64,000 nt of DNA from contig NIVC01001698.1 in the NCBI GenBank assembly GCA_002269645.1, forward strand, positions 184,635 to 248,634. Direction: 5' to 3'. The notes beneath the pieces are model-generated. The model saw nothing but the letters and a program-made list of their open reading frames with translations, ran no database searches and was not told the DNA's origin. Shown here piece by piece: positions 12,685 to 25,093 of this stretch. The position numbers and the translations under genes were made by a program. Numbering within the stretch: the first letter of the stretch is position 1; each line of letters begins with the position of its first letter. This DNA is from Macrostomum lignano (lineage: Eukaryota).

Positions 12685-15600
12685 ATGGGCTGTCTGCCAC
12701 GCATCAAAAGTCCGAAGGTGGCTGTCATTCTGCTGACCTTCTACGCCTTCACCAGCGGCTGCCTCTCCACCTACCTGGTGTCCATGATCAGCACCCTGGA
12801 GAAGAGGTTCGAGTGGCCGACCTCCCGGGTAGGCTGGCTGTTGGCCGCTGACGACCTCGGGTACCTCACCACCGTCCTGCTGGTGGCCTACTACGGTGGC
12901 AAGGGTCGGCAGAGCCTGGTGCTCAGCCTCAGCGCCTTCTTCCTCTTTGTGTCGGCCTGCATGCGGGCGCTGCCCTACCTGCTATTCGGACCGAAGTTCG
13001 GGGTGGACCAAATCCGCGGCCTGTTTGGCGGCGCCGTCAACGCCAGCATCGGATCGGCGAACAGCACGGAGACCCTCATAGAGGTTCTTGTACCTAATCT
13101 AGCCCATCAGCAGGCGGTCTCTTTTGCCATTCAGTTCGCTGGCGGCGTTGTGCAGGGTGTCGCAGCTACGCCGTTCTGGAATGTCGGAATGGCGCTGGTG
13201 GACGACATGGCGGGCCGTAACAGCGGAATCTTCATGGGTGAGTCGCTTGCACCAGGTGTAAACCAGGGAGTGGGGGCTGGTTGGGGTGTAGGAAATCTAG
13301 AGAGGCCCGGAGTGGGGTGGGTGGCTGATTGGGGTAGGAAATCTAGAGAGGCCCGGAGTGGGGTGGGTGGCTGATTGGGGTAGGAAATCTAGAGAGGCCC
13401 GGAGTGGGGTGGGTGGCTGATTGGGATAGGAAATCTAGTGAGGCGCTGGAGTGAGAGGGTAGAAAATTTGCGGAAGAAGAATAGGGGTTAGGGAGCAATA
13501 TGGTTATGCTGAATTTATTAAAGATTTAAATCCAGTCAGTTGGTCACCAATCACGTGACAGTCAGCAGATGAAATTTCGTGCATTTTTCGCGCTTTATCG
13601 AGCACAAAAAGGAGTCAATGCATTTTTACGCGGGCCAATTAAGCAGGACATTTGAAAGTCGTGCTCAGAATTGAGCGAATGGGAGCAGCGGCTATCTCTC
13701 TAGAGGTGGCACAGGCTCAGCTTATCTGGCCGCAATTCTCTCACTTGGCACCGAAGCACAAAGACGGCAAGATTTTTTGGCCAGGGCAATGCCAGAGCAA
13801 ATGTACCCTCCTTGAATTTTGACTTGAACTTTCCTTGACTTGAAATTTTGAGATAAAAGCATGGATCTTCTTGAATTACAATTTTTTCGGATTTTTAATA
13901 TCCTTTTGCCCTCAGCTTGCTGCATTTATCCAATTAACTATACCTGACAACTATAAAATATATTCACCCTCCGGTCACCCTCCGGTCACCCTCCGGTCAC
14001 CCTCCGGTCACCCTCCGGTCACCCTCCGGTCACCCTCCGGTCACCCTCCGGTCACCCTCCGGTCACCCTCCGGTCACCCTCCGGTCACCCTCCGGTCACC
14101 CTCCGGTCACCCTCCGGTCACCCTCCGGTCACCCTCCGGTCACCCTCCGGTCACCCTCCGGTCACCCTCCGGTCACCCTCCGGTCACCCTCCGGTCACCC
14201 TCCGGTCACCCTCCGGTCGGCCTCCGGTCACCCTCCGGTCACCCTCCGGTCACCCTCCGGTCACCCTCCGGTCACCCTCCGGTCACCCTCCGGTCACCCT
14301 CCGGTCACCCTCCGATCACCTTCCACTCGCCCGCCCCAATCCCGCAGGCTTCCTCTTCCTGGTGCGCACAATGTCCCCAATCGTCGGCTTCCTGTTCGGC
14401 AGTTTCCTCATCACGGTGAACGAAGGCCTGGTGCTGCGGCCCGAGGAATTCCCGCAGGGCCTCAAAGATCCGATGTGGGTCGGCGCCTGGTGGCTGGGCA
14501 TCGTTGTAGCCGGTGAGTCCGTGGGTTCGATCGCCAAATGAGAGTTCAGCTGCGGGTGCAAAACTCGACTCGAGCTTGACTGACAAGCGGCCTCGAGGCC
14601 TGCCGCGAGTATCTTATCGTCTTATCTTGGGCGCTTTGTGCCTCAGTGCGACTGAGGATCCAGCAAAGGATTTCCGACGTTCCCGATTCCTGGAAATGAA
14701 GATCGCGTGATCTCAATTGAGAATATCTATCGAGTCGCACCAGCAGTCTGTAGACTGTATTTAAGTCTGAAAGACTAAAATATTATGCTTGATTTCCGGG
14801 CAGAAAAGAATTTATTATTTGCTTGGCCTTCCATTGGTAGTAGCTAAGAATCTCACCTGGAAACCTGGAAAAACCAAATTCTACATAACTCGAACGAATG
14901 CACCAGGGAGATGCAGAATTCTTGGAAATTCAGTCTAGCAGCCTCGCACCGCCCCCGCAGGCTGCATCGTGCTGGTGAACACCCCGCTGCTGGCCATGCT
15001 GGACGTCAAGGGGCTGCGCAAAGCCGGCGAAGACGACCGCGCCAAGGGCCGCGACGAGGCGCCCCCGCCGGTGGCGGCAGCGGGAATGGCGGCCGCGCCC
15101 ACGACTTCGGGCAACGTGGACGCCATTGGTAGCATGACCAGCATCGCCGGCCGGGGCCTCGACATGAGCAACGTCAGCTGCTTCGGTGAGTCCGTCTGGA
15201 GCTCGGATTGGATAGCTGGATTGAAATTCTACTGACAGTGGCATGATTCACCCTAACCCTACTGTCAGTAGCATGATTCACCCTAACCCTACTGTCAGTA
15301 GAATGATTCACCCTAACCCTACTGTCAGTAGCATGATTCACCCTAACCCTACTGACAGTAGAATGATTCACCCTAACCCTACTGACAGTAGCATGATTCA
15401 CCCTAACCCTACTGACAGTAGAATGATTCACCCTAACCCTACTGTCAGTAGCATGATTCACCCTAACCCTACTGTCAGTAGCATGATTCACCCTAACCCT
15501 ACTGACAGTAGCATGATTCACCCTAACCCTACTGACAGTAGCATGATTCACCCTAACCCTACTGACAGTAGCATGATTCACCCTAACCCTACTGACAGTA

Positions 15601-18600
15601 GCATGATTCACCCTAACCCTACTGACAGTAGCATGATTCACCCTAACCCTACTGACAGTAGCATGATTTACCCTAACCCTACTGACAGTAGCATGACTCA
15701 CCCTAACCCTACTGACAGTATATTATTCACCCTAACCCTACTGTCAGTAGTATCGTTCAGCCTATCTTTCTCATAGGTAATTTATTCAGACCTGAGCCAA
15801 CGCCCTCTCGCACTTATCAGAGCTGCTGCAGTTCATCAAGGAGCTGTACAGCAACACCGTGTTCCTGACGCTGTACCTCGGCACAATATTCGAGTTCGGA
15901 GCCTTCATCATTCTGATCGGCTATTTTCCCAAGTTTATCGAATCGCATTTCTACGTCAATGCGAACACGGCAAATATTATGTCCAGTGAGTTGCTGGCAG
16001 ACGCTTTTCAGGACAAATGTCAGACACATTTCAGGACAAATGTCACACACATTTCAGGACAAATGTCAGACACATTTCAGGACAAATGTCAGACACATTT
16101 CAGGACAAATCTCAGACACATTTCAGGACAAATCTCAGACACATTTCAGGACAAATGTCAGACACATTTCAGGACAAATCTCAGACACATTTCAGGACAA
16201 ATGTCAGACGCTTTTCAGGAGAAATGTCAGACACATTTCAGGACAAATGTCAGACACATTTCAGGACATGTCAGGCACAAATGTCAGGCACATTTTTGGA
16301 CAATTCTCAGAAACATTTCAGGAAACATTTCATGACAAATCTCAGATGCATTTCAGGACAAATCTCAAACACATTTCAGGAAAAATCTCAGACACATTTC
16401 AGGACAAATCTCAGACACATTTCAGGACAAATCTCAGACACATTTCAGAACAAATCTCAGACACATTTCAGGACAAATCTCAAATGCATTTCAGGACAAA
16501 TCTCAGATGCATTTCAGGACAAATCTCAGACACATTTCAGGACAAATCTCAGATGCATTTTAGGACAAATCTCAGATGCATTTCAGGACAAATCTCAGAC
16601 ACACGTGAGGAATAATCTCAAAACATGTCAGGTCACATGTTAGACCCAGGAGTAATGTCAGACAGCCTGATCACCCACCACCCGCCACCATCTCAGGCGT
16701 GAGTCTGGCCGGAGCCTCGGCCCTGGCCATCATGATCAGCAGCCTGGTGTCGAAGGTGTTCCCCATGTCGGTGACGCACATGAGCCTGTACCACGCCGTT
16801 GTCAACACGATCTCGGCGACGGCATTCCCAGTGCTGTTTCTGTTCCGCTGCGACAAGGTGGACATGGTTGGGCCGCACAACTTTGAGCAGGACGGACAGC
16901 TGGCTGAAATGTGAGCAGCTTTGTAGTTTCGATAGAGTACGAAATGTACTTTAAACATAGAATCGTGCATAAAATTAACTTTGGTGTCATTTCAGCGAAA
17001 GAAACACCAAGTCAGCACGTTTTAACGCGCAATATCATTCCCAGATATAATAAGAACAGTAAAACAAAACTTCTACATTCTCTACAATATTGAGTAATCA
17101 AAACCTGATAATTGTCGAAAAACGGGCAGCTCGCAATGCGGCCCATTGCACAATAAAATTCCGCATTCGACCCACCAGGACCTGCTACGACCCGGCCAGC
17201 TGTCCCAAGTACGCCTACAACCCCGTGTGCGTGGGCGGCCGCAGCTTCATGACCCCCTGCCTGGCCGGCTGCACCAAACTGCCCGACCTGAACGATACGA
17301 CTGTGAGCTCTCCACAGGGAAAACACTTTTGACCCATCTGACCCACCCAAACCATTCTTGAACCAACTGACCCACCCAAACCAGTCTTGACCCAACTGAC
17401 CCACCCAAACCAGTCTTGACCCAACCGACCCACCCAAACCAGTCTTGACCCATCTGACCCACCCGACCCGAGCCACTCTTGACCCAACTGACCCACTCGA
17501 GCCACTCTTGACCCAACCGACCCACCCAAACCAGTCTTGACCCATCTGACCCACCCGACCCGAGCCACTCTTGACCCAACTGACCCACCCGAACCACTCT
17601 TGACCATACTGACCCACCCGAACCACTCTTAAACCAACTGACCCACCCAAACCAGTCTTGACCGATCTGACCCACCAGAACAGTCTTGATTCACTTGACC
17701 CACCTAAAACAGTCTTGACCCATCTGACCCACCAAAACAGTCTTGACCCATCTGACCCACCAAAAACACTCTTGACCCATCTGACCCACCCAAGGCACTC
17801 TTGACCCATCTGACCCACCAAAACAGTCTTGACCCATCTGACCCACCAAAAAACACTCTTAACCCATCTGACCCACCCAAGGCACTCTTGACCCCTCTGA
17901 CCCAGCTGGAAAAGATTCGAGCTCCCCAAACGCGGCCCACCCGCAGCCGGGCTACGCGAACTGCCTCTGCTCGAACCAGACCGGGTCGCCGGGCATCTGC
18001 GCACCCCAGTGCAGCAACGTGTACGCCTACCTGGTGCTGTTCTTCTGCATCAGGGTGGTTGGCACCATCGCGGCAGTGCAGTTCACCCTCATCATGATGA
18101 AGTAGGAGCTGAAACCATACGAGTAACCTATTGTGTCCAAATTCATTAGCTCAGCTTTCAAACACCGCTTCAGAATTCCCAGCTCGCGCGAGATGAAGCC
18201 GCTGGCCATGGGTTCGATTTCCTTTCTGTTTGGCCTGCTGGGTAAGCTGGCTTCATCCTGTAACCCCACCCCACCCAAACAAAGTTTATTTTTATAGCGT
18301 ATATCGTCGGCGGTAAAAGTTTTCCATTTCTATTGACGCGTTCCATGCCACCTCTGTGTGCAACATGGCAAAGGACTCTCCACCCGATCCCTTCACGAAG
18401 ACCTCGGCCTGTCTGTGGGGACTGTCCACTCGGTCCTTCACGAAGACCACCTGGGCCTGTCTGCATGGGGTCTGTTCACCCGGTCCTTCACGAAGACCTC
18501 GGCCTGTCTGTGGGGACTGTCCACCCGGTCCCTCACGAAGACCATCTGGGCCTGTCTGCATGGGGACTGTCCACCCGGTCCTTCACGAAGACCTCGGTCA

Positions 18601-19477
18601 GTCTGTGGGGACTGTCCACACAGTCCCTTCATGAAGACCTCGGCCTGTCTGTGGGGACTGTCCACATGGTCCTTCGCGAAGACCCGGAAGCGGCCACATT
18701 TGGCCGAAAAAAGGTTGTTTTATCCACTGGGACAATGATGCCTCATTCACTCGGCAGTCAGGATGAGGGATTTTTGCCAGGAACTTCTTCAATATCGTCG
18801 ATCGAGCATCAACCGAGCTCACGGGATCTGGGCCCAGCAGACTTTTGGTTGAAATGGGAGCTTTCCGGTATCCAGATTGTTGGCAACACAGTGCGAACCA
18901 AGTGGGAACGAGTCGTGAGGAGCCTTCAAACTGTCGCATTCGCCCAGACCCCACCACCGCAGGTGTGATCACTGCCCCACCACCCCACCACCGCAGGTGT
19001 GATCACTGCCCCACCACCCCACCACCGCAGGTGTGATTACTGCCCCACCACCCCACCACCGCAGGTGTGATCACTGCCCCACCACCCCACCACCGCAGGT
19101 GTGATCACTGCCCCACCACCCCACACCGCAGGTGTGATCACTGCCCCACCACCCTCACCACCGCAGGTGTGATCACTCCCCCGGTAGCCGGAAAGCTCAT
19201 TGACACGGTGTGCATCGTCGAGAATCCGTCATCAAGTGGGCGCAGCTTCTGCCTGTTCTACGACACGGACCGGTTCCGGCAGCTGGTGCACGGCATCGGC
19301 GGCTGCTTCCAGGTGCCGTCCTGCCTGCTGTTCTTCCTCTCCTACTGGCTCAGCCGCAGCCGCTACCCAGTGGAGAAAGACGAGGTCACCCGGCAGAAGC
19401 TCCGGCGAGCTCAGAAGGCGGCGGAGGCTGGCGGCGGCACGGGCGAGGAGCTGCAGCGGCTGCCCACATCGGGGTAG
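12685..19477 (+). CDS. SLCO: Organic anion transporting polypeptide (SLCO/OATP family), about 659 aa, 9 exons
   Basis: Exons: 12685-13237, 14348-14512, 14961-15185, 15821-15985, 16697-16910, 17179-17302, 17947-18101, 18174-18241, 19167-19477; 1980 nt, phases consistent. Motifs ISTLEKRFEW, DPMWVGAWWLG, Kazal-like CPKYAYNPVC..FMTPCLAGC, PPVAGKLIDTVC. Confidence 0.92.
13291..13465. repeat. 46-bp tandem repeat (about 3.5 copies), SLCO intron 1
   Basis: GGAAATCTAGAGAGGCCCGGAGTGGGGTGGGTGGCTGATTGGGGTA repeated. Confidence 0.9.
13985..14315. repeat. 11-bp minisatellite CCCTCCGGTCA, SLCO intron 1
   Basis: About 30 near-perfect copies. Confidence 0.97.
15228..15750. repeat. 30-bp minisatellite CTACTG(A/T)CAGTAGCATGATTCACCCTAACC, SLCO intron 3
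   Basis: About 17 copies; each has a CTACT-N3-AGTAG inverted repeat and a CCCTAACCCT motif. Confidence 0.96.
16000..16625. repeat. 23-bp minisatellite TCAGGACAAAT(G/C)TCAGACACATT, SLCO intron 4
   Basis: Tandem copies with degenerate edges. Confidence 0.95.
17327..17905. repeat. ~28-30-bp minisatellite TTGACCCATCTGACCCACCCAAA..., SLCO intron 6
   Basis: Degenerate tandem copies; same family as 20015-20720. Confidence 0.92.
18299..18930 (+). mobile_element. Internally deleted mariner (Tc1/mariner) transposase relic in SLCO intron 8
   Basis: Translations give repeated LGLSVGTVHxVLHED (mariner HTH-like), KRPHLAEK..IHWDND (cf. HHDNA) and IEHQPSSRDLGPADFWLK (cf. the mariner YSPDLAPSDF motif). Frameshifted; no right TIR seen. 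Confidence 0.7.
18948..19180 (+). repeat. 34-bp tandem repeat, each unit containing the SLCO exon-9 splice acceptor (7 copies)
   Basis: Unit CCCCACCACCCCACCACCGCAG/GTGTGATCACTG. AG ends at 18962, 18996, 19030, 19064, 19098, 19131 and 19166; the last copy runs into GVITPPVAGKLID. Confidence 0.9.
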
Positions 19478-20014
19478 TTCAGACAGAGCCTGGGATCGAA
19501 TCTTTATGACAAGAAACCGTTTCCATTGAAGTGGAAATGAAAAAGCCTGACTTTTGCAATCGGAAAGCAAAACCCTTTGCCGAACAGAATACTCTAGACA
19601 GCTTATTCTCGATAAAGAATTTTGCAATCAAAGCGGACCTCCGATGACTCGCTGCTCGTCTGATACCGTAGGCCTAGGCAGGCGCAAGAATGCCTCCTGT
19701 ATGAAAACCTTAGTAGTAGGAAACTAGAAGTCTTCCAAATACTGTGTACATGCATGCCTGTAGTTTCCCCATTAAGATTCACAGATTCTGCAGAACTTTG
19801 CCATTTCTGATCTTCAATGCTTCGGTAGTGCAACTCGTAGTTTACAGCGCAGATGCTATAAATATACGAGTGGAATTCAACACTGTCAACTTTTAAAAGC
19901 AAGGCACTTCTGACTCGGTGGCGAAAACCTCTTTCAACCAATATCTACTTCCGATACTTCCAAACCGTCAGACCCACCAGATTCTTCTGGATCAAACGAT
20001 GCTTGACTCATCTG

Positions 20015-20720
20015 GTCGAACTTGACTCGTCTGACCCACCAAAACCCTCTTGACTCATCTGACCAACCAAAACCCTCTTGACTCGTCTGACCCACCAAAA
20101 CCCTCTTAACTCATCTGACCAACCAAAACCCTCTTGACTCGTCTGACCCACCAAAACCCTCTTGACTCATCTGACCAACCAAAACCCTCTTGACTCATCT
20201 GACCAACCAAAACCCTCTTGACTCATCTGACCAACCAAAACCCTCTTGACTCGTCTGACCCACCAAAACCCTCTTGACTCATCTGACCAACCAAAACCCT
20301 CTTGACTCATCTGACCAACCAAAACCCTCTTGACTCATCTGACCCGCCAAAACCCTCTTGACTCGTCTGACCCACCAAAACCCTATTGACTCGTCTAACC
20401 CACCAAAACCCTCTTGACTCATCTGACCCACCAAAACCCTCTTGACTCGTCTGACCCACCAAAACCCTCTTGACCCATCTGACCCACCAAAACCCTCTTG
20501 ACTCATCTGATCCACCAAAACCTCTTGACTCATCTGACCCACCAAAACCTCTTGACTCATCTGACCCACCAAAACCCTATTGACTCATCTTGACCCGCCA
20601 AAACCAGTCTTGACCCATCTGACCCACCAAACCATTTTTGACTCATCTGACCCACCTAAACACTCTTGACTCTTCTGACCCACCCAAAAAATTCTGACCC
20701 ATGTGACCCAGACCCACCAA
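20015..20720. repeat. 28-bp minisatellite TTGACTCATCTGACCAACCAAAACCCTC
   Basis: About 25 copies, intergenic between SLCO and HMBS. Confidence 0.95.
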
Positions 20721-21616
20721 AAAAACGGTTGAAGTGTCTTAAAATTAGTTCGAATGACATCTCCGAAAAAAGTTTAACAGGTAGCCATGAACATCTATCA
20801 GTTTATCAAGAAATCGTATGATGCAACAAGGTATTGATTTTGTGAGCCAACAAGTGTCTGCAAAGGCAGTTTATTTTGTATCAATGATGCGTCAAAAAGC
20901 ACAGCGCGTGTTTAGCCAGCTACAAGTAATCGATTACTTCCACCTGGCAGCACTCATCAAGAATGAGTTTGCAGGCAGCTAAAAAGAGAACAGAATTAAA
21001 CTGACGCACTCTGAGTGAGTTCAAAACAGAAACTACGGCTAAATAATGCAAGCGGATAAATATGGATAATTTAATGAACTGCTCAATGTCCTGAAGCTAC
21101 TACTACTTTAGTAGCTAAATCTAGTAGTATTCTACGCTAATAGTTTTACAAGAGAACCAAAAATTCATGCACCGTTTCGAAGCCAAAGTTAAAATTTTTT
21201 AAATGAAAAGCAACATGAAAACTACGAGAAAAATCAGCTTTCGTTTTTCGCAACACCCGCAGCTGCCTACTGCCAAGCTGCTGGCAGTAGTCAGGATAGG
21301 AAAAAACAAGCGGGAAAATTTAGAATTTTCTTCACAACAAGATAATTATTCTCTTGCTTTTTCTACAAAAACATTAAATACAGCAAAGCAGCATTACTGA
21401 AGACGAAAGCTAAATATTCTAAATTTTTTGGGACATCTGACAGATGCTCACAACAGCTTTGGTGGCGCGGTCAGTTCCTACTCTGTGAGCCAAGCAGTGA
21501 TTCAAGTTCCGTAGGAGAAAAAAATAATATATTTTAGTATTAAACAGCTCGGACCCCAGCCCAGCACCGCACAGCTTCCAGCCCCATCAAACATCACAGG
21601 GAGGCCAGCGGGCCCC

Positions 21617-23686
21617 TCAGCAGCTGGGCTGCGCGTTCGCCTGCGGCACAGGCGGCGCCAGCTTGCCGGCTGCCGATTTTGCCGCGGCCTTGGCGGCGGC
21701 CAGCACCGGCCCGGCGCCCAGCGCCAGCAGCCCGTCGGCCACTCGGCGGCCCAGCCGGACACAGGCGGCCAGATGGCGGCGGTCCCGCCCGTCCGGCTCC
21801 GGGTAGTGCAGCCCGATGAAGCGCTCGGGAGACTCCGGAGACTCCGCTGCCTCCGCCTCCGCCTCCGCCTTCGTCGCCTCGCCGGCCGACTGCCGACGTC
21901 GCTTCGCCGACGTCGGCCCCGCCTCCTCCTCGCCAACGTCCTCCGTCAGCGCCTCGTCAGCCTCGAACTCGAACACCTCTGTGCCGTCCACCGACAGCAC
22001 GCGCGCCTCCAGCTTGAGCCGGCGCGGCGCGTCACCGGCCGCCTCCGACCAGACAGAGCGAACTCCGAGCGGCACCGAGCACCCACCGTCCAGGGCGCGC
22101 AGCAGACTGCGCTCCGCCACCGCCTGCGGGCATTTGGGAATTCGAAACTGTTGAGAATATTCATCATGGAAACTAACCAGCCTCACAAACTGGCACTGAC
22201 CAGCCTCATAAACTGGCACTGACCAGCCCCATAAACTGGCACTGACCAGCCTCACAAACTGGCACTGACCAGCCCCACAAACTGGCACTGACCAGCCCCA
22301 TAAACTGGCACTGACCAACCCCTATAAACTGGCACTGACCAGCCCCATAAACTGGCACTGACCAGCCCCACAAACTGGCACTGACCAGCCCCATAAACTG
22401 GCACTGACCAGCCCCATAAACTGGCACTGACCAGCCCCATAAACTGGCACTGACCAGCCCCATAAACTGGCACTGACCAGCCCCACAAACTGGCACTGAC
22501 CAGCCCCATAAACTGGCACTGACCAGCCCCACAAACTGGCACTGACCAGCCCCACAAACTGGCACTGACCAGCCCCATAAACTGGCACTGACCAGCCCCA
22601 CAAACTGGCACTGACCAGCCCCATAAACTGGCACTGACCAGCCCCACAAACTGGCACTGACCAGCCCCACAAACTGGCACTGACCAGCCCCATAAACTGG
22701 CACTGACCAGCCCCACAAACTGGCACTGACCAGCCTCGCAAACTGGCACTGACCAGCCTCACAAACTGGCACTGACCAGCCTCACAAACTGGCACTGACC
22801 AGCCCCACAAACTGGCACTGACCAGCCTCACAAACTGGCACTGACCAGCCCCCGAAAAAACTGCACAAAGCCCCATCAGACTCCGCCCCCGCACCTCCAG
22901 GAAGCTGTCCCGGTGCAGCAGGGGCCGCAGCAGCCGCACAGTGTCCTGATCGTCATTGCGGCACTGCACAGCGAGGGCGCCCTGTCCCACAGCGGGCAGG
23001 CAGTGCTGCAGGCTGCAGGCGATGCGATCAGTCCAGCCCATGCGGACGAGACCAGCCTCGGCCAGGATCAGGCCGTCCAGCCCGCACTCCTGGGCGTTCA
23101 GCTTTCGCCACCGGGTGCCGAGGTTGCCGCGCACGGACTGGAAGCGGAGGCCCGGGTGCGCCCGGCTGAGCTGCGCCGAGCGGCGGAGGCTGGACGTGCC
23201 GATGACGGAGCCGGGCGGCAGGCCGGCCAGGTCCTTGACGCCGGCCTCCACGTGGCGCGGGTGCAGGACGAGGGCGTCGCGCGGCAGCTCCCGGCGCAGG
23301 ATGCAGGGCACGGCCAGGCCATCCGGGCACTGGGTGGGCAGGTCCTTCAGCGAGTGCACCACCAGCTGCACCTGGCCGCTGAGCAGGGCGGCGTCCAGCT
23401 CCTGAGTGAACAGGCCTTTGTCGCCGATGTGGGACAGCGCCCTGTCCAGGATCTGGTCCCCGATGGTGTCCATGTGGACGATGCGGAACTGGCGGCCGCA
23501 GTCCGGGCCGAGCTGACGCAGCACCTCATGCGTCTGGCGCAGTGCCAACTCGCTGCGCCGCGAGCCCACCGAGACGACGGGCAGCGCCGATGCTGACACC
23601 GAAGCTGCAGAGTCCGCATCGCCAGCAGCTGAGCTCGCGCTCGCAGAGTCGCCGCCGCTGTCCGTCCTGACAGAGGCCGGCTGCAT
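21617..23686 (-). CDS. HMBS: Porphobilinogen deaminase / hydroxymethylbilane synthase, 432 aa, 2 exons
   Basis: Exons 23686-22895 and 22123-21617 (phase 0). Motifs VGSRRSELALRQT, GDKGLFTQEL, VHSLKDLPT, GTSSLRRSAQL, RGNLGTR, PAVGQGALAV, ERSLLRALDGGCSVP (cofactor Cys). Confidence 0.95.
22172..22852. repeat. 23-bp minisatellite AAACTGGCACTGACCAGCCCCA(T/C), HMBS intron
   Basis: About 30 copies filling the intron. Confidence 0.97.
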
Positions 23687-23814
23687 TGCTGATTGGCTGA
23701 GGATTTCTATTGGAATTCAATAGAACTGCCAGTCCCCGAACTGCGGAACTGAAATCAGGTTTATTGACAGCTGCTTAGCCGCAGGCCTGCGATCGCTAAT
23801 TTAACCCTAAATTA

Positions 23815-24210
23815 ATCCTAATCTGACCCTAATTCGACCCTAAGTTGATCCTAATGTGACCCTAAGTTGATCCTAATTCGACTCTAAGTTGATCCTAATG
23901 TGACTCTAAGTTGATCCTAATGTGATCCTAAGTTGATCCTAATGTGACTCTAAGTTGATCCTAATGTGACTCTAAGTTGATCCTAATGTGACCCTAAGTT
24001 GATCCTAATGTGACTCTAAGTTGATCCTAATGTGACTCTAAGTTGATCCTAATGTGACTCTAAGTTGATCCTAATGTGACTCTAAGTTGATCCTAATGTG
24101 ACCCTAAGTTGATCCTAATGTGACTCTAAGTTGATCCTAATGTGACCCTAAGTTGATCCTAATGTGACTCTAAGTTGATCCTAATCAGACCCTAAGTTGA
24201 TCCTAATTTG
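23815..24210. repeat. 22-bp minisatellite CTAAGTTGATCCTAATGTGACT upstream of HMBS
   Basis: About 17 copies. Confidence 0.95.
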
Positions 24211-25093
24211 ATTAGGTCAGCAAATAAATAAGAAGTCAGCTCAGCTGAGCTATAGACAGCAAATATATTATCTGCAGTGGAATCAGCCATAGGTAAAATT
24301 ATGTGTACAAAAATAAAAAGAGTCAATAATCAGGAGAACAAACCTGACTAAACAAAGGAATAGAAAAAGCTGTGCACCAAAGTCTTTAAGGCGGTTGACA
24401 AAACATGCACAGATATAGTGTAGCCAGTGCAGCAAAGCAGATATAGACAATATCGGAGCGTGGGAAATGCCCCGCTTCTGTGCCGCTCGCCAAGCAGAAC
24501 AGCAGAACAGTAAAAAAGAGAATTTTTGTAGGATTTATTTGACTCTATTTGAAAATCTACCCTCCCTGCAGACTGGATTGAATGCGAAGGCCGTATGCGA
24601 GAGATTCAGATAAGATAGCACATACACTGGCATTGCAGCCAGTGCGTAAATCTCCTGCAATCGCTAAAATAATTTAGAATAGAAAAGTGGCTGGCTGCTC
24701 AATAAACAATCTTGATTGGAATTATTTTGCAGCTGGTTGGCTGCTGTTTTTTTTATTGAATTTGCTGCTCGCTGAGCAAAACAGGCAACCCCACGGCGAC
24801 ACTTTAAATTTATCTAGCAGAATAATTTACTTTTTCTTACTCATATACTACTAGCAGTATCTTTGAAGAGTGTGCTTTTTAGTATTGAAAAAACAAGTCA
24901 ATTTAATCCAAGTGAACTAGCGAGTGATAGTTATTACGAGCATTACTACACAAGGAAAGATGAGGGATTAATAAAACCGAATAGAAAAGCATGTCATTAT
25001 TAATTTAAACAGGCAATTCAGGCTCAAATTGCGGGGCTAATTAAATATCAAAGTAGAATTTGAGCTCTTTAGGAACTTTAAAATGGATTATTT

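Noticed and set aside
21617-23686. Bacterial contamination or recent HGT for HMBS (and USP)
   Set aside because: Both have canonical spliceosomal junctions and the same codon style as neighbouring animal genes.
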